Positions 9,278-20,353 of a stretch of DNA of 64,000 bases are shown here, one piece after another (position 1 is the stretch's first letter; each line of letters starts with the position of its first letter). The notes beneath the pieces were generated by a model. That model had not been told where the DNA came from and ran no database searches. It saw nothing but the letters and a program-made list of their open reading frames with translations. Source of the stretch: an uncultured Chthonomonadaceae bacterium (GTDB taxonomy: Bacteria; Armatimonadota; Chthonomonadetes; Chthonomonadales; Chthonomonadaceae); NCBI GenBank assembly GCA_963817895.1, contig CAWFQB010000002.1, forward strand, positions 64,001-128,000, in the 5' to 3' direction. The position numbers and the translations under genes were made by a program.

Positions 9278-11665
9278 CTACTTTGAGATGTTCAGCGGAA
9301 CGTCTACGACTGCTTTTGTAGGAGACAGGCAGGCGCGGTCGTTGCAGGACTGATACGTCAGTTCAAAATGCAGGATATGCTTGCTCGGCGACAGTTTGGA
9401 AGCGATTTGTACAACGGCTTGCAGCGTGATTTCGCCCTGATACACGGACAGCGTTTCTTTTGCGAAGGACGTTTTCAGGGTTTGGCCGTTTGGGTATTTG
9501 ACACTCGTAAGGGCGGCGTCCGGGGTGGCAGACAGGCGCAGGGTTGTGGGTATCAGAGTGGCGTCCGAAGCGACATGCGCGTTGACGTGCCAGCCGGAGG
9601 GGATACGAACTCGGATGGCGATAACGGCCTTCGCGCCGGGTATGGCCGTGATTGGCGCGGCCTGCAATTGCGCGGTTCCGGGGGCGTTGCCAACTTCTGC
9701 GCCTGCGCCGAGGGACTGGTACACGGTCAGCAGCAGGGGAAAGGCAGCGGGCGCGCGGGTTTCCAGACTGCCGAACGCCTGCACGGTTCGCGCCGCTTCC
9801 GTTCGCCACTGCGGTTTGCCCGTCAGCGCGGCAAGACGGGCGCAAACCTGCGCGGCCATGCCGTTTCCCGATGGCGTGGCGTTGTCGTCACCTGTTTTCA
9901 ACCGCGCCAGCAGATCGCTCTGATCCGATGTGTTGTAGAAGCCGCCGTTTGCCGTATCCCCGAACTGCGCGGTCATGCGGGTTGCCAGTTCCCCGGCGGA
10001 GGTCAGCCATTGCTTGTCCCCCGTAGCCGCGTACAGATCCAGCAGGCCGTTAGAAACAAACGCGTAATCCTCCAGCATCCCCCCGACTTCCGTTTTGCCG
10101 TCCCGGTAGTTGTGCATCAGTGTGCCGTTGATGGTCATTTTCTGAGTGAGAAAGCGGGCGGCTTCCACCCCCGTTTGCCGGTACGCGGGATTGATCAGAA
10201 CCTGCGAAGCGCGGGCGAACGCGCTTATCATCAGGCCATTCCAGCTTGCCAGAACTTTGTCGTCCGTATGAGGGCGAACCCGCTTGTTCCGCGCCGCCAG
10301 CATTTTCGCGCGCAGGCCGTTCAAACGAGTCGCCAGTTCTTCCGGCTTGAGGCTGTACTGCCGCATGAGTTCTGGCGACACTTCCGCCGAGTCTGGATTC
10401 CGGTGCAGGACACTTTTGCCGTCCAGATCGCCCATTGCCGTTATGCCATACGCTTCACAAAACAGCGCGGCATCATCGCCAAGAACTTCGACAACTTGCG
10501 CGGGCGTCCATAAATAGAACTTGCCCTCCTCGCCCTCGCTATCCGCGTCCAGCGTAGATTGAAAGCCGCCAGTGGAATCGCGCAATTCGCGCTGAACGAA
10601 CGCCAGCGTTTCTTCCACAACTTGGCGGTAGCGCGGGTTGTGGGTCAGTTCGTAAGCGTCCAGATACGCCTGCGCAAGCTGCGCCTGATCGTACAGCATC
10701 TTTTCAAAGTGCGGCACGCGCCAGAATTTGTCCGTGCTGTAACGATGAAAGCCCCCGCCAATCTGATCGTAAATGCCCCCTTCCGCCATGCGATCCAGCG
10801 TGGTTGTCGTCATTTCCAGCAGGGGCGCGGAATGAGTAGCGCGATAGCGGGCCAGCGCAAATCTCAATTTCGGCGCTTCGGGGAATTTCGGGCGCGTTCC
10901 AAAACCGCCGTTTTGCGCGTCGTATTCGTGGTTCAGGGTGGCGACAACCGTTTCCAACAGGGCGGGAGACACTTTCGCGCTCGATTTACCCGATGCGGAC
11001 GCGGATTTGGCAAGGGCGCGGGCGAGATTGTCCGCCGAGGCGCGTATCTGTTCCGGCTGCGTTCTGTTCACCTCGACAACTTTTTCCAGCAGCGGTTTGA
11101 ACTGAACCGGCGGGAAATACGTGCCGCCGAAAAACGGCTTGTGGTCGGGCGTGAGAAACACGGACAGGGGCCAGCCGCCCGAACCCGTCATCAGCTGCAC
11201 GGACAGCATGTACTGCGCGTCCAGATCGGGCCGCTGTTCGCGATCCACCTTGATGCAGACGAAATTGGCGTTCATAATTTGCGCGATCTCTTCGTTCTCA
11301 AAGTCCTCCCGCGCCATGACGTGACACCAGTGGCAGGCCGAATAGCCGATGGAAAGGAAAATAAGTTTGTTTTCCCGTTTGGCCTGCGCCAGCGCTTCCG
11401 CGCCCCAGGGCTGCCAGTTCACGGGGTTGTGCGCGTGTTCCAGCAGGTACGGGCTTGTCGCGCCGATCAGTTTGTTGGTGTATTTATAGGTTTGCGGTGT
11501 CGCCTGCTTCGATGCAGCGGGCGTTGCCGACGGCACATTGAGTTTTGGCGTTTCATCCCTCATGGGTTGTGGGGAACTGCATGCCAGCATGGGCGCGAAC
11601 GCGAGGAAACCGAACGCGCCAAACGCGCCAAACCGTTGAGGTCGTTGAGAATGATTGTATTGCAT
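9278..11665 (-). CDS. YyaL/Ssp411-like thioredoxin-domain protein (DUF255) with a C-terminal DsbD-N-like domain; probable lipoprotein
   Basis: [64 protein letters not shown]-terminal GWHVNA...[10 protein letters not shown]; start at MQYNHSQ with lipobox LAC. Confidence 0.9.
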   Translation of the reverse strand: MQYNHSQRPQRFGAFGAFGFLAFAPMLACSSPQPMRDETPKLNVPSATPAASKQATPQTYKYTNKLIGATSPYLLEHAHNPVNWQPWGAEALAQAKRENKLIFLSIGYSACHWCHVMAREDFENEEIAQIMNANFVCIKVDREQRPDLDAQYMLSVQLMTGSGGWPLSVFLTPDHKPFFGGTYFPPVQFKPLLEKVVEVNRTQPEQIRASADNLARALAKSASASGKSSAKVSPALLETVVATLNHEYDAQNGGFGTRPKFPEAPKLRFALARYRATHSAPLLEMTTTTLDRMAEGGIYDQIGGGFHRYSTDKFWRVPHFEKMLYDQAQLAQAYLDAYELTHNPRYRQVVEETLAFVQRELRDSTGGFQSTLDADSEGEEGKFYLWTPAQVVEVLGDDAALFCEAYGITAMGDLDGKSVLHRNPDSAEVSPELMRQYSLKPEELATRLNGLRAKMLAARNKRVRPHTDDKVLASWNGLMISAFARASQVLINPAYRQTGVEAARFLTQKMTINGTLMHNYRDGKTEVGGMLEDYAFVSNGLLDLYAATGDKQWLTSAGELATRMTAQFGDTANGGFYNTSDQSDLLARLKTGDDNATPSGNGMAAQVCARLAALTGKPQWRTEAARTVQAFGSLETRAPAAFPLLLTVYQSLGAGAEVGNAPGTAQLQAAPITAIPGAKAVIAIRVRIPSGWHVNAHVASDATLIPTTLRLSATPDAALTSVKYPNGQTLKTSFAKETLSVYQGEITLQAVVQIASKLSPSKHILHFELTYQSCNDRACLSPTKAVVDVPLNISK

Positions 11666-11866
11666 AATGCTGTTCCTGTTCGCCACGCCTTGAGCAATCT
11701 CCTGCAAGCCCGCGATTCTAAAATCCTGACACAGAACTTTGGAACGCGCCTGTTGGTTGAAGCAGACATACGAAGGGCGCAGACAATAATCCTGCAAACA
11801 ATATAGAAGCGAAAATATAGCGCAAGAGAGCATAAAAGCAGGAATACAGGCGCGGGAGAACAAAAC

Positions 11867-12100
11867 ATGATACGAATCAGCGAGTGTTCTGAGACGGCAG
11901 GCGGGAAACTGTTTCTGGCAGGGCATCTCACGCCGCCCGGACTGTACGAGGACATCGAAACCCACCGGGAAATTCAACTGGAACAGGATGGTTATTTGCC
12001 TGCCCGTTTGGATGGGAGTATCGCCTGCTACGCCCGCGTGGAATCGCTGCCTTTCCCCGCAATCCTCTTGTCGGCGGAGGGCAAACACCAGAAGAGATAG
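11867..12100 (+). CDS. Small hypothetical protein
   Basis: GGAG RBS before the ATG; lies directly upstream of the adenosine deaminase gene and is co-oriented with it. Confidence 0.5.
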   Translation: MIRISECSETAGGKLFLAGHLTPPGLYEDIETHREIQLEQDGYLPARLDGSIACYARVESLPFPAILLSAEGKHQKR

Positions 12101-12112
12101 GTTCACGAAGGG

Positions 12113-13738
12113 GTGACATTTATGTCGGTTCGCGCTCATGCTGCGGCATGGTTCTGCATGTTGCTTGTTTTTACAGGCTGCCTTCCACTCGCTTTTGCGG
12201 ATGAACGCTCAACCGCAAAACGCTTTGAAGCCGCCAAAATGGATGAGCCATCGCTTATCGCGTTTGTCAAAGCCATGCCCAAAGGGGCCGATCTGCATGT
12301 CCATGTGAGCGGCGCTGCGTATGCGGAATTCGCGCTCGACAACGCCATTGCCCGTAATCTTTTTTACGATCCTGTTACGAACCTGTTCAGCGCGGATGCC
12401 ACAACCCCGCATATTTTGGCGCAAGACCTGCTCAAAGGATCGAACTCCGGCCTGCTCGGCAAATTTCTGGACGCGGCCAGTATGCGCGGCTGGAAACCGG
12501 ATGCTGAAAGCGGACACGACCATTTTTTCGCCGCATTTGGTTTCATTGACAGCGCGCAAACCAATCGCCCGGACATAGATGTCAATGCCGAAGTGATTCT
12601 CCGCGCCCTGTCGCAGAACGAGCAGTACATGGAGTTGATGACGCGGGTTGCGCCCGACAGCGCGTATGCCCTGCTGCAATCGCCGCCCCCGATTGGCAAC
12701 GTCAACTCCGTATCGGATTTGCAGGCCGCGCTCACCCTGCTGAAGCCGCGCTTGAAGGAGTTCGCCGCGCAGTCGAAACTTTTTCTGGACGATTACGACG
12801 CGCAATTGGGGCAGCGCGTGAGCAAAGCGCAGGCGGAAATTTTACGGTTGCAGGCCGCGTCTGCAAACGCGCAAGCAACGGCGGGGCCGGTTTCCAGCGC
12901 GCCTGTCACCAGCCCGCAAAGCCCGATTACGGCGCGTTACATCGTATCAGCCAACCGACTGAAAGCGGACAGCGACTTTTTCGCCGTACTCGCGGCGGGA
13001 ATGGCGCTGATGCAAACGGACAAGCGCGTTGTCGGCGTCAATATCGTCGCGCCCGAAGATCACCCGTTCGCGCGGCAGCATTTTACCAGCCAGATGCGGA
13101 TACTGGATTTTCTCTGGCAGCAGTTCGGGCATCCCAACATCACGCTTCACGCGGGGGAACTGACGCCCACGATTTCACCCATCGAAACCATGCAAACACG
13201 CATCCGCGATTCCATTCAGGTCGGACATGCGCGGCGTATCGGACACGGCGTATCTATCGCGTGGGAGGATAATCTGGCAGAACTGCTGCGCGATATGCGC
13301 AAACAGGGCGTAGCCGTCGAGATTTGCCTGACCAGCAACGCGGCGATTCTGGGCGTGGAGGGCAGCCGCCATCCGTTCGCGCTGTATCGCAAAGCGGGCG
13401 TACCCGTTACGCTCAACACGGATGATGAGGCTATCAACCGCAGTTCGCTGACAATGGAGTTTGTCCGGGCCGCCCGAACTTATAATCTCTCGTATGCGGA
13501 CGTGAAAACGCTGGCGCGTAACAGCATCGCGTACTCGTTCCTGTCCGGTGACAGCCTGTTTCTGGACAGGCAATACCATAATCTGCGCCCTGCATTTGCC
13601 GGAATCGCGCATCCCGGCTGGAAACCGTCTGCGGAAGCGCAACACCTGCTCGACGCTTCGGAAAAGATGCAGGTTCAGGCGCGATTGGAGCAGGCATTCG
13701 CGCGTTTTGAAGACCTACCCGCTGATGATACGCCATAG
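12113..13738 (+). CDS. Adenosine deaminase family protein with a signal peptide
   Basis: [39 protein letters not shown]; hydrophobic N-terminus ending in AFA. Confidence 0.9.
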   Translation: MTFMSVRAHAAAWFCMLLVFTGCLPLAFADERSTAKRFEAAKMDEPSLIAFVKAMPKGADLHVHVSGAAYAEFALDNAIARNLFYDPVTNLFSADATTPHILAQDLLKGSNSGLLGKFLDAASMRGWKPDAESGHDHFFAAFGFIDSAQTNRPDIDVNAEVILRALSQNEQYMELMTRVAPDSAYALLQSPPPIGNVNSVSDLQAALTLLKPRLKEFAAQSKLFLDDYDAQLGQRVSKAQAEILRLQAASANAQATAGPVSSAPVTSPQSPITARYIVSANRLKADSDFFAVLAAGMALMQTDKRVVGVNIVAPEDHPFARQHFTSQMRILDFLWQQFGHPNITLHAGELTPTISPIETMQTRIRDSIQVGHARRIGHGVSIAWEDNLAELLRDMRKQGVAVEICLTSNAAILGVEGSRHPFALYRKAGVPVTLNTDDEAINRSSLTMEFVRAARTYNLSYADVKTLARNSIAYSFLSGDSLFLDRQYHNLRPAFAGIAHPGWKPSAEAQHLLDASEKMQVQARLEQAFARFEDLPADDTP

Positions 13739-13867
13739 GAAGATACGCCATAGGCGTATAGTAAAATACGCCGTTTGTAGTGTCACATTCAGAGCATACT
13801 GCCGTATTTTAGCAATGTGCCGCGCCGTTGCGGATACAATCAAAATACATACAGGAGCCACATTGTC

Positions 13868-14194
13868 ATGAAGCAAATGTCAACATCTTCTCGCGCCGTT
13901 CGTTTCAGCGCGGTTCTCGGCCTTGCCGGGGTGTTCGCCGGATTGACCACTGCCATGCCCGCCGAAGCGCAGGACTGGCACTACCATCACTGGAAAGACA
14001 ATACTGTTCAGCGTCTGGATCGCGAAGCGATTCGTCGCGACGAGAACAAACTGCGCGATCTGTACGACCAGCGCAGCATCGCGCAACGCAATCACAACCG
14101 GGACCGCGTCCACAGTCTGGATCGCCGTATCAGCGACCTGCGCCTGCGTCTCGATAGCAACCGCTACGAACAGCGCCGCGACATGCATCGGTAA
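13868..14194 (+). CDS. Small secreted Arg/Asp-rich helical protein
   Basis: AGGAG RBS; signal peptide ending AEA-Q; mature region rich in R, D and H. Confidence 0.7.
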   Translation: MKQMSTSSRAVRFSAVLGLAGVFAGLTTAMPAEAQDWHYHHWKDNTVQRLDREAIRRDENKLRDLYDQRSIAQRNHNRDRVHSLDRRISDLRLRLDSNRYEQRRDMHR

Positions 14195-14280
14195 CGGCTT
14201 CGCAGGCGTAAACGCCGAAGCTTCTACGGTCTTGCGCCGTTTCCACACCGCCCTGTGGAAAGTCTGTTCGTGATACAGGA

Positions 14281-14322
14281 AATCGCCAATCCCCCTTGAT
14301 TTATCAAGAGGGATTGGCGATT
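14281..14322. terminator. Strong hairpin, probable bidirectional terminator
   Basis: AATCGCCAATCCC-C-CTTGAT-TT-ATCAAG-A-GGGATTGGCGATT between convergent genes. Confidence 0.7.
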
Positions 14323-14331
14323 TGAATTCTG

Positions 14332-16500
14332 CTAAAAGTTGAAGCAGGGAAGGGTGATTGCGCCGAAGGTGGCGTCCGGTCTGGCGACGTACAGGAGGGA
14401 ACCGCCCGCGCCGCGGAAATCCAGCGAGTTTACGCCCGTTCCAAGCTGGTCGTCATAGCGCAGGGCTACTGTGCCGTCGTAAATGTTCAGCGCGGTCAGG
14501 ATGCCGTTACGCCGTCCCGTGTTCGTGTCCAGCGTGTAGCCGCCGAAAATCAGATGCTCGCCGGAGGGACTCAGCTTCATGCTGCTGATGGTTTCCGGGG
14601 TATCCAGCCGATGGATTAGTTTGAGGTTCGCGTCATACGTTTGTACCGCGCCGGAAACGGCAAGGGTTTTATAGTTGCTGGCCGATTCGCTCATCAAAAC
14701 GCGCTTGCCATCGGGGCTGAAAGCGAGCGCTATGACATACAGCGCGGTATCGGTGGGATGCAGGGCGGCAAGATTGGTCGTCGCCAGCGGTTTCCCATTT
14801 TGAACGTTACAGGTCGTCAGACTGCCCACTGTGGAACTGCCGGTCGCGTCCAGACCGTCCACGCCGATTGCGATCTGCTGATTGTTCGAGGAGAAGGCGG
14901 CGGCAATGTCTATGCCCTGACTGACTTCGCCCGCCGCGAACGCGAAGGCGTTGATTTGCCGTTGTCGCTGCCAGTCGGATACCCGGAAAATCTCTACGGA
15001 TTTATACTGAATGTTGTTGACAGCCTTCGAGATTCCCATGACCGCCGCCAGAGTTCCATCCGGGGAGAAAGCCACGTCCACGACAACGCTCAACTGCGAA
15101 GTGACGGCGAAGGCTGTCGCGCCATCCGGCTGAATGATCTTGATCTGCTTTTTCGCGCCGCCATCCAGAAAGACCATGTTCGCGCTGTTCGGCACGAAGC
15201 GGTTGAAGCCGGTTGTGCGGGGCGGCGCGGGCAGGGGCTTGCCGGTACACGCGCTGTAAAAGGCGAGTGTGCCGTAAATATCCTGCACGGCAAGGGTATC
15301 ATTGACATCGCAAACGGCGACTGTGTTCACGCCATTATGAATTCGGGTAAACGCGCCCTGAACGGAAGCGTCGGATGTGGCGTAGCGGTTTACGTCCAGA
15401 TCATTGCTGGACGCGCAGAAGGTTTTACCGTTCGGGTCAAAGGCCACCGCGTTGATAAGGCTTTGCGTCAAAATGCCGCTGGTGTAACTGCGCTGCCCGT
15501 TCACGCCCCATAACTCCACAGCCCCGCGATGATAGGTAAGATCGTAAGTGGCATCGTACACGTCTTTGTACCCGCCGCCCAGAATGTTCTTGCCGGTCGC
15601 ATCGAAAGTAACCGCGTCAATGTAGGCCAGTTTACCGGTCAGCGTGGATTGAAGTTTCAGGGTCGCGCTGTTCCATAGCTCGATAGTTCCCATTCCCGCC
15701 GCATTGCCGCCGCACACGGCAAACGTGGTTTTGTCGGGCGAGAAGGCGAGTCCACGCGCGTAATTGAGTTTGGTCGGCAGGTCTTTCAGCAGGATTCCCG
15801 TGACCGGGTTCCAGCGCTGCAAAACCGGAGTTCCCTGATTGGTCGTGTAGTCGTAGTGATAGCCTGCGGCGAGAAGCGTCTGGCGATCCGGCAGATAGGC
15901 CAGTTTGCCGATGCGCTCCGCCGTGTCCATCGTCTTCAGCAACGTATGGTCGGCGATACGATACGTTTCAATCTTGCCCTCGTCCAGAGAAGTGCTTGAA
16001 TTGTGGAGGTATCCGGCGTCCACCAGTTGGGTTCCATCGGGCGAAAAGGCGACGACGGTAATGTCCCATCGGGTTGTCGGCAAATTGGCGATCTGGTCGC
16101 CGGAGGCCACATCGTACACGCTGACCGCCCCGTTGAAACCCGCGTTGCCGGGAACCGCGATATAGGTCGAGCCGCCGGCAGCGATTTTCGCGCCGTCCGG
16201 TGAAAACGCCACGCAGTACAGGGAGGTCGCGTCTGTGGAAATCGTTCGGAGAAGCTGCGTGGTTTTGGCGTCCCAAATCTTGATGGTTCCGTCCGGCGAG
16301 GCGGTCGCCAGCAGTTTGCCATTGGGAGAAAGCGCGAGTTCCTCGTAGCCATAGTCCGGGTTTCCCGTGTGTCCGCCCACTGTCCACCGGTACGGGGCTT
16401 CGTTCTGCCCGAACTGCGCCCTTGCGGGAACCGTCAGTACGCCCGCGCAGGCCGTCAGCGAGAAAAGGGTAAGGGGGATTGTGTTTATTCTAAGTCTCAT
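14332..16500 (-). CDS. Secreted WD40-repeat protein
   Basis: Signal peptide ending ARA-Q; many repeats of the type VAFSPDG..LA....DGTIKIWD. Confidence 0.88.
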   Translation of the reverse strand: MRLRINTIPLTLFSLTACAGVLTVPARAQFGQNEAPYRWTVGGHTGNPDYGYEELALSPNGKLLATASPDGTIKIWDAKTTQLLRTISTDATSLYCVAFSPDGAKIAAGGSTYIAVPGNAGFNGAVSVYDVASGDQIANLPTTRWDITVVAFSPDGTQLVDAGYLHNSSTSLDEGKIETYRIADHTLLKTMDTAERIGKLAYLPDRQTLLAAGYHYDYTTNQGTPVLQRWNPVTGILLKDLPTKLNYARGLAFSPDKTTFAVCGGNAAGMGTIELWNSATLKLQSTLTGKLAYIDAVTFDATGKNILGGGYKDVYDATYDLTYHRGAVELWGVNGQRSYTSGILTQSLINAVAFDPNGKTFCASSNDLDVNRYATSDASVQGAFTRIHNGVNTVAVCDVNDTLAVQDIYGTLAFYSACTGKPLPAPPRTTGFNRFVPNSANMVFLDGGAKKQIKIIQPDGATAFAVTSQLSVVVDVAFSPDGTLAAVMGISKAVNNIQYKSVEIFRVSDWQRQRQINAFAFAAGEVSQGIDIAAAFSSNNQQIAIGVDGLDATGSSTVGSLTTCNVQNGKPLATTNLAALHPTDTALYVIALAFSPDGKRVLMSESASNYKTLAVSGAVQTYDANLKLIHRLDTPETISSMKLSPSGEHLIFGGYTLDTNTGRRNGILTALNIYDGTVALRYDDQLGTGVNSLDFRGAGGSLLYVARPDATFGAITLPCFNF

Positions 16501-16688
16501 TGTCGCGTATCCTTATGTTTGCAAGCGATTGGGAACTCTGCCGCGAATTCCTTGCAAAGCGCCATTCGGCAACATCCCGCGCGGACACGCCATTGATGTC
16601 CGGCATCGCGCTGCCTGATGTTGATAGCAGGATACGCGCCCCGCGTGACACTATCATAACAGTATCGTGATATTTGGCGGTCAATTCG

Positions 16689-16697
16689 TGATATAAT
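16689..16697 (+). promoter_or_regulatory. Extended -10 element upstream of the TPR / site-2 protease operon
   Basis: TGATATAAT matches TGnTATAAT exactly, about 70 bp upstream of the ATG at 16766. Confidence 0.5.
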
Positions 16698-16765
16698 AGT
16701 TAGGACTTATCCCCTTTGCCAATTTGCCGTTTTACCGGCTGCCCTCACTTTCTGAAAGGCCGAAT

Positions 16766-17863
16766 ATGAACACTGATCCCACGCGCGCTCTGGAAGAGGG
16801 CGTCCGTCTGCTGCAATCCAATGATTTTACCAATGCCCTTGCCGCCTTGCAGCAGGCCATACAGCAAAACCCGCAGGATGGCCGCGCATACGGCTTTATG
16901 GGCATCGCGTATGCGCGGCTGGGCGACCTGAACGCGAGCGTCTGGGCGTTGCAGGAGGCGGCGCGATTGCAGCCGCAGGATTCCACCGCGCAGTACAATC
17001 TGGCTGTCGGACTGATGCAGGCGCAGCGAACAGGGGAAGCGCAGGGCGCTCTGGAACAGGCGCTTCGCCTGAACCCGAACAATGACCGCGCCCACGCCGC
17101 TCTGCAAAGCCTGTCCGCCGCGCCCCTGACTCCCGCACCGTATCCGCAGGCGCAACCGCAAGCTACCGCGTATCCCGCGCCCGCATACCCCACGCCGCCC
17201 ATGCCCGCGCCTGCGCCACAGCCGGGTTACGCTCCCAACGCTGCGCCTGCGCCCATGCCGCTGAATGTGCCCCCGCCTATGTCGTTGAGCGGCGAACCCA
17301 TGCCCGCGCCCGCCCCCAATTACGCCAATTATTCGGTTCCTTCCGCGTCCAACATGCCGCCGCCAAATTATGCCGGGACAGCGGGCGGCATGGGTTACGC
17401 GCCGACGGGAACCCCCGCGCCGAACATGGGCGGGATGCAGTACGCTCCGCAGCCACAAGCGCAGCGGCGCGTTTCCGAGCCGCCCTCCGCCGGTAAGCGC
17501 GTTCTGCGCGGCCTAGGTTGGGGCGCAGTGTTCGGGCAATGGTGGACGCTGTGGGAGATGATTTCAAGTCTGCTCTGGCATAGCGGCGAACACGCCTTCA
17601 TCTATTATGTTATTGCTATCCTGATTTTAGCGCCTATTTTTGCCGTTATGGGCAGCATTATGGGGCTGGTTATTGGAGCGATGGATGCTCATCAGGACAC
17701 CGGAGCCATCGTTGGAGTAGTGTTTGGATTGATTATTCTGGGACTGAAGTTTTTCCTGATGCAGAGTGGCACAGTCTTTCTCGGTATATTCTTCTGGGTG
17801 GTTACGGGCCGATTTATTGGCAGTAACATCGCCATGCGCGTACAGCAGTTCGTCGAGGCATAA
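16766..17863 (+). CDS. TPR / proline-rich linker / multi-pass membrane protein
   Basis: N-terminal TPRs (ALAALQQAIQQNPQDGRAY; AQYNLAV...LEQALRLNPNN), P/A/Y-rich linker, about 4 C-terminal hydrophobic helices. Confidence 0.8.
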   Translation: MNTDPTRALEEGVRLLQSNDFTNALAALQQAIQQNPQDGRAYGFMGIAYARLGDLNASVWALQEAARLQPQDSTAQYNLAVGLMQAQRTGEAQGALEQALRLNPNNDRAHAALQSLSAAPLTPAPYPQAQPQATAYPAPAYPTPPMPAPAPQPGYAPNAAPAPMPLNVPPPMSLSGEPMPAPAPNYANYSVPSASNMPPPNYAGTAGGMGYAPTGTPAPNMGGMQYAPQPQAQRRVSEPPSAGKRVLRGLGWGAVFGQWWTLWEMISSLLWHSGEHAFIYYVIAILILAPIFAVMGSIMGLVIGAMDAHQDTGAIVGVVFGLIILGLKFFLMQSGTVFLGIFFWVVTGRFIGSNIAMRVQQFVEA

Positions 17864-17881
17864 GTCTGACGGGAACATCTA

Positions 17882-20236
17882 ATGCAAACTGAAACCATTT
17901 CCGTTTCTTGCGCAGCCTGCCGTCGCCTGAACCTGCCGGGGGGCGTCCGCTGCATCTATTGCGGTACGCCCTATCCGCCTGTTGTGGATTTCGATCTCGG
18001 GCTGTCGCCTGCGCCCGCAGTGGCGGTTCCCCCATCTGCCCCTGCCGCAGCTACGCCAAATACGACTACTTCGGCAGACGCGGCGCAGCAACAGGGCAAA
18101 AAGACGGGACTGCTCGGTTCCCTTGCTCTGCTGCTGTTCAAAGGCAAGTCGCTGCTGTCGCTGCTGAAACTGGGCAAGGTGGCGCTCACGCTGTCCACGA
18201 TGATACTCTCCATCGGCGTGTACTCGCGGCTGTATACATGGCGGTTCGCGATTGGCTTTGTCGTTTGTATTCTGATACACGAACTCGGCCACGTGGTTGT
18301 CTTTCGCCGCTATGGACTGAAGCAGACCGCGCCCATGTTCATACCGTTTGTGGGCGCGTTGATTTTCCTCCGGTCGTTCCCCGAAAACCCCACGATTAAG
18401 TCGGAGGGCGGCGCGGGCGGGCCGATTGCGGGCGCGTTCGCCGCCGTTGTTTGTGTCTTGATTGGCAACGTCACCCATCACCCGTTCTGGTACGCGCTTG
18501 CCGCCAGTGGATTCATCATTAACCTGTTCAACCTGATACCGATTATGCAGTTGGACGGGGCGCATATCCTGTCCGTATTTTCGCCCAAAGTCTGGAACGG
18601 CGCGATGCTGGCGATGCTGCTGATCGCCATTAAAGCCCCGGTTCCTATGGTATGGATAATTCTGGCGACAAACGTGATGGCCCGCCTGACGCAGCAACCG
18701 AGTCCGCGTTACCTGTTGGCGCGTCCCGGCGCGCGGCTGCGCATGGCATTGGTCTACGTTCTGCTGTGCGTCGGGCTGAGTTACGGTATTCAGATAACCT
18801 CCAACTTCCGTGGGACGGAAGTTCGTCCCGAATTTGCAGGTAGGAGTGTCCGCGAGTCACAAACGACAGGCAACGATTTACAGGTTCCCGCAACAACGCG
18901 CCCCCCCAACCCACTGGATACGATTTTCGGCCAATTCGATCCTGAATTGACGTATCAGCAGTCCAACACGATCACCATCTTTATCGTTGCAATGGGAAGC
19001 GTAGGCGTGGTGGCGGGAGTTCTCTGGACATTTACCTCCTTTCTGCTGGCGCAGATTTGCGGGCTACGGTTTGGTCCGCGCTTTCTCGCCCCTGCCGGAA
19101 GCATGGTCGCCCTGTTCGCGCTGACAATCATAGTGGAAAAACAGTTGTCCGCGTCGTGGCATGATTTTCTGGTTACGGTGGGCGCGTACATTATCGCTGC
19201 CTTGACCGCACTCATTTATGCCGGGGTTCAATCGGCGCAGGCGAAACGAAAACAAACCCATTTGCCATATTTGATGCTGCTGGCAGGGTGTTTGAGTTGG
19301 GCGGGCGGGGGCGCGTTGCTTGTCGCGTATGCGTTCGACAGTTGGATCGCGGCGGGAATAGTGGGGATGTGTGCGATAGTTTTTCTGGCCCGTTACCCGT
19401 TTCTGGCGGTGGGCAAGGCGGCGGAATGGGCGAACGATCTTGGCGAACACGCCCGCGCCGAGGCATTGCTGCGCCGCGCCCTCGCATTCCGCCCGGAACC
19501 CGCTGCGCAGGCGCAATTGTGGGAACGGTTGGGGCGAATGTGCCTGTTGCAGGACCGGGGCGGCATCGCGCTGGAAGCGCAGGACGCGAAAGAGGCGCTG
19601 TTCGCCGCCAATGCCGCTGACGGGCAGCCGTTCGCGCCAACCCTTTCCGACTTGCAGCAGCGGGCGTCCGCGCTGATGCTGCTGGATCGGTTTGAGGACG
19701 CGCTGGCCTGCTGCGAACGGATGCTGCAGCCGACCCCGGAGGGCGCTTCCGGCGGATTACGGCTGCTCACGGTTCATCTGCGCCTGAGCCGCCTCGCCCT
19801 GCTTCGGGGCTGGGGCGATGAGGCCGTCGCGCAGTCCGACTGGTGTTTGCGCGCGTCCGCCCAACTATCGAAAATATTCACGGCCCGTATTCACGCGGGA
19901 CGCGCCGCCGCTCTGGTTCAGCAGGGACAGACGGACGCGGCTTTGCAAGAGTGCAGGCTGGCCGGTGAGGCGGCGAGTGAAACGTATACGCAGGCGTGGA
20001 TAGCCGCAATGGAAGCGCAGGCGCATTTGCTGGCGGGAAACGCGGCGCAGGCGGAGAAGGAGGCGCAGCGGGCCACGCGGCTGATGCCCGAAAACCTGCA
20101 ATTTCGTTACTGGCGCGGGCGCGTTCTGCTGGCGCAGGGGCAGGCGGAGGGCAAAACCCTGCTGGCGGAGATGGCAGCCACATTCCCGCAGGAGCATTGG
20201 GGCCGCGCCGCAAAGAACGCGCTTTCCTCTGGATAG
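17882..20236 (+). CDS. Site-2 (M50) intramembrane metalloprotease with N-terminal zinc ribbon and C-terminal TPRs
   Basis: CAAC..CIYC, HELGH, FIPFVGA, GGPIAG, FNLIPIMQLDG, extra TM helices, TPR-like C-terminus. Confidence 0.88.
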   Translation: MQTETISVSCAACRRLNLPGGVRCIYCGTPYPPVVDFDLGLSPAPAVAVPPSAPAAATPNTTTSADAAQQQGKKTGLLGSLALLLFKGKSLLSLLKLGKVALTLSTMILSIGVYSRLYTWRFAIGFVVCILIHELGHVVVFRRYGLKQTAPMFIPFVGALIFLRSFPENPTIKSEGGAGGPIAGAFAAVVCVLIGNVTHHPFWYALAASGFIINLFNLIPIMQLDGAHILSVFSPKVWNGAMLAMLLIAIKAPVPMVWIILATNVMARLTQQPSPRYLLARPGARLRMALVYVLLCVGLSYGIQITSNFRGTEVRPEFAGRSVRESQTTGNDLQVPATTRPPNPLDTIFGQFDPELTYQQSNTITIFIVAMGSVGVVAGVLWTFTSFLLAQICGLRFGPRFLAPAGSMVALFALTIIVEKQLSASWHDFLVTVGAYIIAALTALIYAGVQSAQAKRKQTHLPYLMLLAGCLSWAGGGALLVAYAFDSWIAAGIVGMCAIVFLARYPFLAVGKAAEWANDLGEHARAEALLRRALAFRPEPAAQAQLWERLGRMCLLQDRGGIALEAQDAKEALFAANAADGQPFAPTLSDLQQRASALMLLDRFEDALACCERMLQPTPEGASGGLRLLTVHLRLSRLALLRGWGDEAVAQSDWCLRASAQLSKIFTARIHAGRAAALVQQGQTDAALQECRLAGEAASETYTQAWIAAMEAQAHLLAGNAAQAEKEAQRATRLMPENLQFRYWRGRVLLAQGQAEGKTLLAEMAATFPQEHWGRAAKNALSSG

Positions 20237-20353
20237 GCCATCATTGGGCGCGTTGCAAATTTAAGGCGTTGCCGCGCCGGGTATTGATAATACCTGACAG
20301 GAAAGCGCAAGCGTCCCGCGTTCGCGGGACGCTTGCTAGAGAGTTGCGTCCGC

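Noticed and set aside
11666..12139. 157-aa N-terminal extension of the YyaL-like ORF
   Set aside because: It overlaps the divergent small ORF and promoter region, and the signal/lipobox sequence begins at 11665.
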